Assembly (NCBI GenBank): GCA_019828565.1
Contig: JAHDYR010000024.1
Coordinates: 280,834-344,833, forward strand
Direction: 5' to 3'
Length of the DNA: 64,000 nucleotides
DNA from: Carpediemonas membranifera BICM
Lineage: Eukaryota; Protista; Fornicata
The first letter of the stretch is position 1. Each line of letters begins with the position of its first letter. The position numbers were made by a program, and so were the translations under genes. Below the pieces are notes generated by a model. That model worked only from the letters and a program-made list of their open reading frames with translations. It had not been told where the DNA came from and did no database searches. Below, piece after piece: positions 1 to 12,100 of this stretch.

Positions 1-1666
1 TCTACCGAGGTGGAGCGGGAAGGAGGGATGGCAAGTGGGATTGGGAGGTCATCAAGACTGCCTTGGAAGGGTCGGGCTTGCATCCGGAACCATCTTCTCC
101 CTCTGCTTCGGCTGGGGCCATCTGGTAGCTCCTTCCTGAGACTAGGCACCTTGCTGACTTTGCTGTAGTACCCTCGTCTGGCGTGCTGGTAGGCGAGTCG
201 GCTTCTCGACGTGCTCCCACCTGGATTATGGCGGTCCTCCGGGCAAGTGCTGTTTGTGGGTGCAGCATCACGTCGATGAGACGATCGCGCTTTGTCCTCA
301 TCTCTGGCTGCCGCGCAGGCGGTGACCTTCCGATGAGGGCACGGACATAACTCCCTTGGTTCCCTCCGCGTCGGTCGGCTGCGGCCGATGCGAGCCACGT
401 CGGCGGGGTCTGGAAGGAACCTTAAGAGGTCTCTGTAGGCGCCTGGGTCTGCCTCTATTGCTGGTGGCCACCTGTGCTGCAGTGCGCCAATATAGCAGGA
501 GCGAGCAGCCCCAGAGCGATGCTGCGCTGCGGCTGCAACACGGCGTGAGCCATGTTTGGCCACAATCCCGTTCGACGGGAACCGGCGCGAGAAGTGGGGG
601 CAGGGTTAGGCCGCCTGCGGCACGCAGGAGACACGTCTCAATCTCTGATGGCTTGCGCCTTCGTGAGGTGCCTCCTGCGCCCGTCCCCATGGCTCGCTCT
701 CGAGCGCGGGGGGCGAGAGAAGCGTCTGGCGGACTGTGTCGGCATCACGCCAGAGCTCTTCCCGCAGGTCCGGGTGGGATGCAGGCGTCCTGTAGGGTCA
801 CGAGCGAAGGCTGCGATAGCCTGGTTCACTCGGACCGTTGGTACGTCCATCCCCGGTGGTTGGTGTCAGCCACGCTTTGGCCGCCAGGCATGGGAGCGGG
901 TGCCCTGCCATGTCTAGGCTGGACATTCGTGGGCTGACTGGTCTCCTGCATGTCGCTGGGTCTGTAGGCACGATGCCCTGTCTCCCTGTGACTGGGCGGG
1001 GGTGGGTGGTCCTGAGCCGAGAGGTGGACTTATCGGGGGTATAAGCTCCGCGATCATCATCTCCTCCCTCTCGATTTGCGTTCCTTGATGTTTGGTGGGC
1101 TGACGCAACGGGTCCGTTGTCAATCTCATCGATGGTGGAGAGCCGTGGGCATCCCGCCGCCCGTAGTTGCTCTAGTAGAGCCCTGCGGCGGCCTAGGGAT
1201 AGCGTATGGTCACGGCCCTCTGTGTCTATACGGATTCGCGAGTCCATTCGGTGCATCAGGAATTGGACGGGATGCGGCGGTAGGTTCCTGATCAACTGGA
1301 TTGAGCTTAGTACTTGGTGTAATCTCTGCTTGAAGTCTCGGTTTGAGGGCCTCTGGATCACTGGGAAGAGCGGACTCACAGTGGCAATGAGTTCTTCGGA
1401 GACTCTCTTGGTGAAGCGCTCGGGACGTCCTCTATCTTGAATGAACAGCTTTTTCACAAGCTCTACATCGTTAAAGAGGCGGCGGACTTTCTGGTACGAG
1501 GACCAGTGTTCGGCAAAGAGAGATTTTGGTACATGCTTACCAAACAGAATGCGCACGGCGTCGAAGATCTGGGAAACAGGATCTTCGAGCTGGATAGTTC
1601 CTTCAGTCCCGCTCAGAAGCCGCTCCACGACTTCTTTGCTGACAAAGACTGAGACTACCATCGCCG
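1..1666 (-). mobile_element. Non-LTR retrotransposon copy A (5' part only, runs off window)
   Basis: Matches the 5' half of the ~3.98-kb unit. Positions 1..~1100 have many small indels relative to the other copies, suggesting low-quality sequence or decay. Confidence 0.9.
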
Positions 1667-4600
1667 TTTAATAGGTCGAAAACCTCCTTTCACGCTGCGT
1701 CCAGAGACGTTCGCGCCTGTATTCCCGCGCCTGTGTCGACTTAGATGTGTCACCTGTGGGCATCCCTTGTTCGGCTCCTCCGGCTGCTCCCGCAGCCTCG
1801 TCGCCGGCCCCCTCGGCCTTTCCACACGCGAGATGAGATTCCAGCACAAATTATTCCCGCAGCCAGTCCTGCGCTGTGGCCCGCTCGAACTGCGTGACGT
1901 AATCCGAGTAGATCTGGACGTTGCCGTTCCAGATGCAGCGCATCACTTCCTGCTCCAGGAAGCGGCCGGCCCCCACACTCAGGCCGACCATCTTACACAA
2001 TCTCACACACCAGGACTCGCCCTGGTCATCACTGCACGCTTCGCCAGTGATCTCGCAGGCGGCCGTCAGTAGCTCGGCTGACCAGTTGTGGTACTGCGCG
2101 GACTTGTCTGACTCGGCGTTGGCCTGATCCTTCGAGATCACCACGTCGATGATGATGGGCTCGTTGGCGACCCTGCCCGTGGGAGAGCGACGCAGCGGGA
2201 CATAGACGTCGGCGCGAGCGTTACTCTGGTAGGCTGGGTCGGCCGAGTAGCCGCGGGTGCGACTGTTCAAGGCGAACTCCTTGCGGGCAAGCACGTCGTT
2301 ACTCCACAGGAAGGAGCGCACGCAGTCACGAACTAGGTCATGACGCATGGTCCTGGCACCCTCCAGGAGCTTAGGACAGGACAACGTGTGCTGCCACGAC
2401 ACATTCGAGTTACCGCAGAGCGGGCAGCGGACGGTTGAGTCCGTCTCGAACGGTGGTGCGCCGAGGTGTGACCTCACCATGGTGGTGAAAAGGTCGCCAC
2501 GGATCGGCGTCGCATAGGAGAGGGGGACAGGGCGGCTTCGGCCGCGAGAATCGGGGTCACCGGGGTCGACTCCACGATCGGGGCGACGGCTGCTGCATGG
2601 GCGCGAGAGATTTTTGTTAGGGTGCGCTGAAGGCCAGTCACGGGCTTGCCGTAGAGCTGGTCCATCCCACGAGGCCAGTCGATGGAGGTGTCGTTGGCGG
2701 CGAAGGTTGATTCGTCGGGGGTTCTGTCCCAGCCCACATCGTGCAGTTGGGCGGTTGCGGCTAGGTAAGCTGCGTCCCAGGTCATGCTCGGGGTGGGCAG
2801 GCGGAGGCCGTTATCGGAGAAATCGAGGCCGAGCCGGAGTGAGTTGTACTTCTCAGGGTCTAGGAGAAGAATTCTCGCAATCGCCGGCGTCAGGACGTTG
2901 GACTCGAAGTTTCGTATGGTCTCACGGTGTTGGGCTGGATCGACAGATCTCATCAAAAATGAAAGCTTCGGCAGAATACACGAACGGATAAGATTCAGAG
3001 CAACGGACGTCCCATCCGTTCCAATGTCTTCAACCATCGACACCACACTAAGCAACATCTGTTTCTGCTCGTCTAGCTTCGTCATGAGCTGCATCCGTTC
3101 CGCTTCGATGCCGCCAATGGGAATTCCCACGATTACTCCAGTTGGCGAGCACGTAACGCGAACAGTACGTGCATTCTGCGGCGCGGATGCACAAATCCAC
3201 TGGCATTTAGCCGGTTTCATTGTTACGCCAATTTGTCGGAAAGCTTCACAAGCTCCATCGAAAAAGCCCTGGATGGCGCCGCTAGTCGTCCCCGGGGGCA
3301 ATCCATGTGACGTCGTCCTGGTAGGCAACCCACTCGCCGCCCCATTTCGTCTTCAGCGTGTCGATGATTGGCCGCATGGCCAGCGTGAACAGAATGGGGG
3401 ACAGTGGGTCTCCTTGAGCGATGCCCTCTAGGGACTCGACGACGCGGCCGGACGGCAGAACCAGCCTTCCATTGCCATATACGGCGTCAAAGTACGGGAT
3501 CGCAACAGGGCAGGCCGCGGCGGCTGTGGACCTCAACAATTTGCGGGGCATGGTGCCGTACGCATTGCTGAGATCAACGGCGCAGATGCTTTGGCCACGG
3601 GAATACGCTTCTTGCAGGCGCAGACCCATAACTTCTGTGCCGCACGACTCACCCCGCCCGTACTGGTCATCGAGGAGAGGGTCATCCGCGAGGGACGCGG
3701 TAACCGCCTTGGCTAGTAGCTTGGCTGCTACTCGACGAAGGGCCTCTCCCATGGCGATGGGCCGGACCTCGTCGGGTTTGCCAGGCTTGGGCAGTGGGAC
3801 GAGGCGGGAGTGGGCCAGAACGTTTGTGTACGGGACGCCTTCGGCCACATCGACAAGTAGTGGCTTCAGGGCAAGGGCGAAGGCTTCTGGCTTGTGTCTA
3901 GCGGCGAGCTTCAAGTGGAGGAAGCTCATGCCCGACGGACCGGGAGCCGAGTCGGCCGGAAGACTGCTCAGGACATCGATGATGTCCCGAGTTTCGAACT
4001 CTACCGAGGTGAGCGGGGCGAGGGGATGGCGGATTGGGAGGTCATCAAGACTGCCTTGGAAGGGGTCAGCTTGCATCCGAACCATCTTCTCCTCTGCTTC
4101 GGCTGGGGTCATCTGCAGTTCTTCCGAGACCAGGGCACTCATGGACTTGCTGTAGTACCCTCGTCTGGCGTGCTGGTAGGCGAGTCGGCTTCTCGACGTG
4201 CTTCCCACCTGATTATGGCGGGTCCTCCGGGGGCGAAGTGCTGTTTGTGGGTGCAGCATCACGTCGATGAGACGATCGCGCTTGTCCTCATCTCTGGCTG
4301 CCGCGCAGGCGGTGACCTTTCCGATGAGGGCACGGACATAACCCTTGGTTCCCCTCCGCGTCGGTCGGCTGCGGCCGATGCGAGCCACGTCGGCGGGGTC
4401 TGGAAGGAACCCAAGAGGTCTTGTAGGCGCTCGGGTCTGCCTATTGTTGGTGGCCTGTGTTGCAGGGTGCGCCAATATAGCAGGGAGCGGCAGCCCCAGA
4501 GCGATGTGCGCTGCGGCCGCAACACGGCGTGAGCCATGTTTGGCCACAATCCCGTTCGACGGGAACCGGCGCGAGAAGTGGGGGGGCAGGGTTAGGCCGC

Positions 4601-5642
4601 CTGCGGCACGCAGGAGACACGTCTCAATCTCGATGGCTTGCGCCTTCGTGAGGTGCCTCCTGCGCTCCGTCCCCATGGCTCGCTCGAGCGCGGGGGGCGA
4701 GAGAAGCGTCTGGCGGACTGTGTCGGCATCACGCCAGAGCTCTTCCCGCAGGTCCGGGTGGATGGCGTCCCGTAGGTCACGAGCGAAGGCTGCGATAGCC
4801 TGGTTCACTCGGACCGTTGGTACGTCCATCCCCCGGTGGTTGGTGTCAGCCACGCTTTGGCCGCCAGGCATGGGAGCGGGTGCCCCGTTATGTCTAGGCT
4901 GGACATTCGTGGGCCGACTGGTCTCCTCGCTGTCGTTGGGTCTAGGCACGATGCCTGTCTCCTGTGACTGGGCGGGGGTGGGTGGTCCTGAGCCGAGAGG
5001 TGGACTTATCGGGGGTATAAGCTCCGCGATCATCATCTCCTCCCTCTCGATCTGCGTTCCTGATGTTTGGTGGGCTGACGCAACGGGTCCGTTGTCAATC
5101 TCATCGATGGTGGAGAGCCGTGGGCATCCCGCCGCCCGTAGTTGCTCTAGTAGAGCCCTGCGGCGGCCTAGGGATAGCGTATGGTCACGGCCCTCTGTGT
5201 CTATACGGATTCGCGAGTCCATTCGGTGCATCAGGAATTGGACGGGATGCGGCGGTAGGTTCCTGATCAACTGGATTGAGCTTAGTACTTGGTGTAATCT
5301 CTGCTTGAAGTCTCGGTTTGAGGGCCTCTGGATCACTGGGAAGAGCGGACTCACAGTGGCAATGAGTTCTTCGGAGACTCTCTTGGTGAAGCGCTCGGGA
5401 CGTCCTCTATCTTGAATGAACAGCTTTTTCACAAGCTCTACATCGTTAAAGAGGCGGCGGACTTTCTGGTACGAGGACCAGTGTTCGGCAAAGAGAGATT
5501 TTTGGTACATGCTTACCAAACAGAATGCGCACGGCGTCGAAGATCTGGGAAACAGGATCTTCGAGCTGGATAGTTCCTTCAGTCCCGCTCAGAAGCCGCT
5601 CCACGACTTCTTTGCTGACAAAGACTGAGACTACCATCGCCG
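1667..5642 (-). mobile_element. Non-LTR retrotransposon copy B (CRE-like, RT + RLE), full unit
   Basis: ~3976-bp unit repeated head to tail. RT motifs SAPGPSG, RPIAMGE, DLSNAY, QGDPLSP, YQDD; CPLC-x8-H-x3-C knuckle; RHD; RAD...IIIDV...E-x-x-K endonuclease motifs. Confidence 0.93.
1851..5637 (-). CDS. RT-RLE polyprotein of copy B (three homopolymer frameshifts; ~1262 aa consensus)
   Basis: ORF pieces 5446..5637, 3282..5519, 2474..3328 and 1851..2480 join. Each frameshift is absent in at least one other copy. Confidence 0.85.
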
Positions 5643-8600
5643 TTTAATAGGTCGAAAACCTCCTTTCACGCTGCGTCCAGAGACGTTCGCGCCTGTATTC
5701 CCGCGCCTGTGTCGACTTAGATGTGTCACCTGTGGGCATCCCTTGTTCGGCTCCTCCGGCTGCTCCCGCAGCCTCGTCGCCGGCCCCCTCGGCCTTTCCA
5801 CACGCGAGATGAGATTCCAGCACAAATTATTCCCGCAGCCAGTCCTGCGCTGTGGCCCGCTCGAACTGCGTGACGTAATCCGAGTAGATCTGGACGTTGC
5901 CGTTCCAGATGCAGCGCATCACTTCCTGCTCCAGGAAGCGGCCGGCCCCCACACTCAGGCCGACCATCTTACACAATCTCACACACCAGGACTCGCCCTG
6001 GTCATCACTGCACGCTTCGCCAGTGATCTCGCAGGCGGCCGTCAGTAGCTCGGCTGACCAGTTGTGGTACTGCGCGGACTTGTCTGACTCGGCGTTGGCC
6101 TGATCCTTCGAGATCACCACGTCGATGATGATGGGCTCGTTGGCGACCCTGCCCGTGGGAGAGCGACGCAGCGGGACATAGACGTCGGCGCGAGCGTTAC
6201 TCTGGTAGGCTGGGTCGGCCGAGTAGCCGCGGGTGCGACTGTTCAAGGCGAACTCCTTGCGGGCAAGCACGTCGTTACTCCACAGGAAGGAGCGCACGCA
6301 GTCACGAACTAGGTCATGACGCATGGTCCTGGCACCCTCCAGGAGCTTAGGACAGGACAACGTGTGCTGCCACGACACATTCGAGTTACCGCAGAGCGGG
6401 CAGCGGACGGTTGAGTCCGTCTCGAACGGTGGTGCGCCGAGGTGTGACCTCACCATGGTGGTGAAAAGGTCGCCACGGATCGGCGTCGCATAGGAGAGGG
6501 GGACAGGGCGGCTTCGGCCGCGAGAATCGGGGTCACCGGGGTCGACTCCACGATCGGGGCGACGGCTGCTGCATGGGCGCGAGAGATTTTTGTTAGGGTG
6601 CGCTGAAGGCCAGTCACGGGCTTGCCGTAGAGCTGGTCCATCCCACGAGGCCAGTCGATGGAGGTGTCGTTGGCGGCGAAGGTTGATTCGTCGGGGGTTC
6701 TGTCCCAGCCCACATCGTGCAGTTGGGCGGTTGCGGCTAGGTAAGCTGCGTCCCAGGTCATGCTCGGGGTGGGCAGGCGGAGGCCGTTATCGGAGAAATC
6801 GAGGCCGAGCCGGAGTGAGTTGTACTTCTCAGGGTCTAGGAGAAGAATTCTCGCAATCGCCGGCGTCAGGACGTTGGACTCGAAGTTTCGTATGGTCTCA
6901 CGGTGTTGGGCTGGATCGACAGATCTCATCAAAAATGAAAGCTTCGGCAGAATACACGAACGGATAAGATTCAGAGCAACGGACGTCCCATCCGTTCCAA
7001 TGTCTTCAACCATCGACACCACACTAAGCAACATCTGTTTCTGCTCGTCTAGCTTCGTCATGAGCTGCATCCGTTCCGCTTCGATGCCGCCAATGGGAAT
7101 TCCCACGATTACTCCAGTTGGCGAGCACGTAACGCGAACAGTACGTGCATTCTGCGGCGCGGATGCACAAATCCACTGGCATTTAGCCGGTTTCATTGTT
7201 ACGCCAATTTGTCGGAAAGCTTCACAAGCTCCATCGAAAAAGCCCTGGATGGCGCCGCTAGTCGTCCCCGGGGGGCAATCCATGTGACGTCGTCCTGGTA
7301 GGCAACCCACTCGCCGCCCCATTTCGTCTTCAGCGTGTCGATGATTGGCCGCATGGCCAGCGTGAACAGAATGGGGGACAGTGGGTCTCCTTGAGCGATG
7401 CCCTCTAGGGACTCGACGACGCGGCCGGACGGCAGAACCAGCCTTCCATTGCCATATACGGCGTCAAAGTACGGGATCGCAACAGGGCAGGCCGCGGCGG
7501 CTGTGGACCTCAACAATTTGCGGGGCATGGTGCCGTACGCATTGCTGAGATCAACGGCGCAGATGCTTTGGCCACGGGAATACGCTTCTTGCAGGCGCAG
7601 ACCCATAACTTCTGTGCCGCACGACTCACCCCGCCCGTACTGGTCATCGAGGAGAGGGTCATCCGCGAGGGACGCGGTAACCGCCTTGGCTAGTAGCTTG
7701 GCTGCTACTCGACGAAGGGCCTCTCCCATGGCGATGGGCCGGACCTCGTCGGGTTTGCCAGGCTTGGGCAGTGGGACGAGGCGGGAGTGGGCCAGAACGT
7801 TTGTGTACGGGACGCCTTCGGCCACATCGACAAGTAGTGGCTTCAGGGCAAGGGCGAAGGCTTCTGGCTTGTGTCTAGCGGCGAGCTTCAAGTGGAGGAA
7901 GCTCATGCCCGACGGACCGGGAGCCGAGTCGGCCGGAAGACTGCTCAGGACATCGATGATGTCCCGAGTTTCGAACTCTACCGAGGTGAGCGGGGCGAGG
8001 GGATGGCGGATTGGGAGGTCATCAAGACTGCCTTGGAAGGGGTCAGCTTGCATCCGAACCATCTTCTCCTCTGCTTCGGCTGGGGTCATCTGCAGTTCTT
8101 CCGAGACCAGGGCACTCATGGACTTGCTGTAGTACCCTCGTCTGGCGTGCTGGTAGGCGAGTCGGCTTCTCGACGTGCTTCCCACCTGATTATGGCGGGT
8201 CCTCCGGGGGCGAAGTGCTGTTTGTGGGTGCAGCATCACGTCGATGAGACGATCGCGCTTGTCCTCATCTCTGGCTGCCGCGCAGGCGGTGACCTTTCCG
8301 ATGAGGGCACGGACATAACCCTTGGTTCCCCTCCGCGTCGGTCGGCTGCGGCCGATGCGAGCCACGTCGGCGGGGTCTGGAAGGAACCCAAGAGGTCTTG
8401 TAGGCGCTCGGGTCTGCCTATTGTTGGTGGCCTGTGTTGCAGGGTGCGCCAATATAGCAGGGAGCGGCAGCCCCAGAGCGATGTGCGCTGCGGCCGCAAC
8501 ACGGCGTGAGCCATGTTTGGCCACAATCCCGTTCGACGGGAACCGGCGCGAGAAGTGGGGGGGCAGGGTTAGGCCGCCTGCGGCACGCAGGAGACACGTC

Positions 8601-9619
8601 TCAATCTCGATGGCTTGCGCCTTCGTGAGGTGCCTCCTGCGCTCCGTCCCCATGGCTCGCTCGAGCGCGGGGGGCGAGAGAAGCGTCTGGCGGACTGTGT
8701 CGGCATCACGCCAGAGCTCTTCCCGCAGGTCCGGGTGGATGGCGTCCCGTAGGTCACGAGCGAAGGCTGCGATAGCCTGGTTCACTCGGACCGTTGGTAC
8801 GTCCATCCCCCGATGGTTGGTGTCAGCCACGCTTTGGCCGCCAGGCATGGGAGCGGGTGCTCCGTTATGTCTAGGCTGGACATTCGTGGGCCGACTGGTC
8901 TCCTCGCTGTTGTTGGGTCTAGGCACGATGCCTGTCTCCTGTGACTGGGCGGGGGTGGGTGGTCCTGAGCCGAGAGGTGGACTTATCGGGGGTATAAGCT
9001 CCGCGATCATCATCTCCTCCCTCTCGATTTGCGTTCCTGATGTTTGGTGGGCTGACGCAACGGGTCCGTTGTCAATCTCATCGATGGTGGAGAGCCGTGG
9101 GCATCCCGCCGCCCGTAGTTGCTCTAGTAGAGCCCTGCGGCGGCCTAGGGATAGCGTATGGTCACGGCCCTCTGTGTCTATACGGATTCGCGAGTCCATT
9201 CGGTGCATCAGGAATTGGACGGGATGCGGCGGTAGGTTCCTGATCAACTGGATTGAGCTTAGTACTTGGTGTAATCTCTGCTTGAAGTCTCGGTTTGAGG
9301 GCCTCTGGATCACTGGGAAGAGCGGACTCACAGTGGCAATGAGTTCTTCGGAGACTCTCTTGGTGAAGCGCTCGGGACGTCCTCTATCTTGAATGAACAG
9401 CTTTTTCACAAGCTCTACATCGTTAAAGAGGCGGCGGACTTTCTGGTACGAGGACCAGTGTTCGGCAAAGAGAGATTTTTGGTACATGCTTACCAAACAG
9501 AATGCGCACGGCGTCGAAGATCTGGGAAACAGGATCTTCGAGCTGGATAGTTCCTTCAGTCCCGCTCAGAAGCCGCTCCACGACTTCTTTGCTGACAAAG
9601 ACTGAGACTACCATCGCCG
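5643..9619 (-). mobile_element. Non-LTR retrotransposon copy C, full unit
   Basis: Near-identical to copy B. ORF pieces span 5827..9614. Confidence 0.93.
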
Positions 9620-10886
9620 TTTAATAGGTCGAAAACCTCCTTTCACGCTGCGTCCAGAGACGTTCGCGCCTGTATTCCCGCGCCTGTGTCGACTTAGATG
9701 TGTCACCTGTGGGCATCCCTTGTTCGGCTCCTCCGGCTGCTCCCGCAGCCTCGTCGCCGGCCCCCTCGGCCTTTCCACACGCGAGATGAGATTCCAGCAC
9801 AAATTATTCCCGCAGCCAGTCCTGCGCTGTGGCCCGCTCGAACTGCGTGACGTAATCCGAGTAGATCTGGACGTTGCCGTTCCAGATGCAGCGCATCACT
9901 TCCTGCTCCAGGAAGCGGCCGGCCCCCACACTCAGGCCGACCATCTTACACAATCTCACACACCAGGACTCGCCCTGGTCATCACTGCACGCTTCGCCAG
10001 TGATCTCGCAGGCGGCCGTCAGTAGCTCGGCTGACCAGTTGTGGTACTGCGCGGACTTGTCTGACTCGGCGTTGGCCTGATCCTTCGAGATCACCACGTC
10101 GATGATGATGGGCTCGTTGGCGACCCTGCCCGTGGGAGAGCGACGCAGCGGGACATAGACGTCGGCGCGAGCGTTACTCTGGTAGGCTGGGTCGGCCGAG
10201 TAGCCGCGGGTGCGACTGTTCAAGGCGAACTCCTTGCGGGCAAGCACGTCGTTACTCCACAGGAAGGAGCGCACGCAGTCACGAACTAGGTCATGACGCA
10301 TGGTCCTGGCACCCTCCAGGAGCTTAGGACAGGACAACGTGTGCTGCCACGACACATTCGAGTTACCGCAGAGCGGGCAGCGGACGGTTGAGTCCGTCTC
10401 GAACGGTGGTGCGCCGAGGTGTGACCTCACCATGGTGGTGAAAAGGTCGCCACGGATCGGCGTCGCATAGGAGAGGGGGGACAGGGCGGCTTCGGCCGCG
10501 AGAATCGGGGTCACCGGGGTCGACTCCACGATCGGGGCGACGGCTGCTGCATGGGCGCGAGAGATTTTTGTTAGGGTGCGCTGAAGGCCAGTCACGGGCT
10601 TGCCGTAGAGCTGGTCCATCCCACGAGGCCAGTCGATGGAGGTGTCGTTGGCGGCGAAGGTTGATTCGTCGGGGGTTCTGTCCCAGCCCACATCGTGCAG
10701 TTGGGCGGTTGCGGCTAGGTAAGCTGCGTCCCAGGTCATGCTCGGGGTGGGCAGGCGGAGGCCGTTATCGGAGAAATCGAGGCCGAGCCGGAGTGAGTTG
10801 TACTTCTCAGGGTCTAGGAGAAGAATTCTCGCAATCGCCGGCGTCAGGACGTTGGACTCGAAGTTTCGTATGGTCTCACGGTGTTG
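9620..10886 (-). mobile_element. Non-LTR retrotransposon copy D, 3' part (interrupted at 10886)
   Basis: Unit sequence stops at ...CTCACGGTGTTG and resumes at 53363 with TGGGCTGGATCG. Confidence 0.93.
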
Positions 10887-10942
10887 CATGCAGTCAATTC
10901 TGGTACCTTTTCTGGAACAAATAGTTCCAGAATTGGTTCCAG
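10887..10942 (+). repeat. Left terminal inverted repeat (56 bp)
   Basis: CATGCAGTCAATTCTGGTACCTTTTCTGGAACAAATAGTTCCAGAATTGGTTCCAG; contains repeated (G)TTCCAG/CTGGAA submotifs. Confidence 0.95.
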
Positions 10943-12100
10943 AATGCCAGAAAAAATGGCATTTGCAAGAAAAACCAAACGCGTTCAAACAATTTAGCGA
11001 CGCCTTGCCACGGGGTGTAAAGCAATATGCAACTAATACTGGGCCCAAGGAACGTTGATACGTACTGCTCTCATGAACTCACTCACTTTTCAGCAGAGCT
11101 CGACCAAAAACTAACAGAGGCTTGCCCGAGGTGTGCTTAAGCCAGCTCCAACTCTCTCTCAGTCTGTGACAGCTCCCCCAAAAAATTATTCTTGCTCAAA
11201 GTTGAGGTTTTCGGGAAATACTGCCAAAAAAGTTTGCTTCTGCTCAAGAACGGGGGATGCGCGTTGGATACCGACACCGTTACGTAACAGTTTAACATTC
11301 ATTATAACAGCGCTAGCCTCCAGATTTCCTTGCGCACGCCTTTATCTGGAGAAAATAGCACAAACTTTCGCAAGCAAACGCAAATCGATAGAAAAATATG
11401 TTTCATGTCCAACGGAGCTAAAACTGAGCACAGTGTTATTCATCCTTCTATTCTACTAGTTTATCACTTCAAAAGGATCTGAACTTCAGTATTGATGGTG
11501 TTATAGGCACTGGTTCGGTTCGAGTCAAAACTGACTAAACTGTGACGACGGCTAGGTGTTGAAACATGCCATGCTCACTCGTAGCGTGGCGCTTAATAGT
11601 GCCAGAATTGCTTCAAATCAATGGAGGTTCATGTTTGTGCATAAAGTGCACAAACATGAGAAGACACGAATTCGTCACTGAATTACAGACGATGCGCAGA
11701 AGAATCAAAGATTTGGTTCAAATAGAGGAATACTACCTCTTTGCAGACGATATCGCGAAGGAATACCTTGATGTTGCGTCCATATACCTGATGAAGGCAA
11801 TCCTACGTTCTCAGTGAGGCAACTAGCAAACATGAACCGTATCAAGAGACAAATATTGAAGCACTCCCCGTCCACATCATGTTTGGTAAATTTTCTGGTG
11901 TCATTCTGCTGTTAATATCAGACGAGCAAACAACGTAGTGAGATTGAACATGCGGGATGCGGAGAGACCGCGTGCTGCTAGAATACGCAGGGCATGATGC
12001 GCCCTGTTGATACCAGGAGCGCTGTCCTTAATCGCTGAGCTAACATTGCATTATTTATATATCGCATATATCCGGAGATACCAATTTGGGAAGAGACAAA

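Noticed and set aside
1-1100. Copy A as an older, diverged subfamily
   Set aside because: The scattered 1-bp indel pattern fits low-coverage consensus error better, although decay cannot be excluded.
1844-1854. ATAATTTGTG (U1-like Sm site) suggesting an snRNA/SL RNA target
   Set aside because: It overlaps the ORF stop codon, and no other snRNA or SL features were recognisable by eye.
3282-3300. Programmed frameshifts in the non-LTR ORF
   Set aside because: Shifts fall in G/C/T homopolymers and differ between copies, and each is absent in some copy, so they are most likely sequencing errors.
3421-5415. Plus-strand ORFs of 200-356 aa over the non-LTR units
   Set aside because: Antisense shadows of a GC-rich coding strand with no recognisable motifs.
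9804-11048. Fusion ORFs crossing the TIRs (also 53242..55305)
   Set aside because: Chance read-through across insertion junctions.
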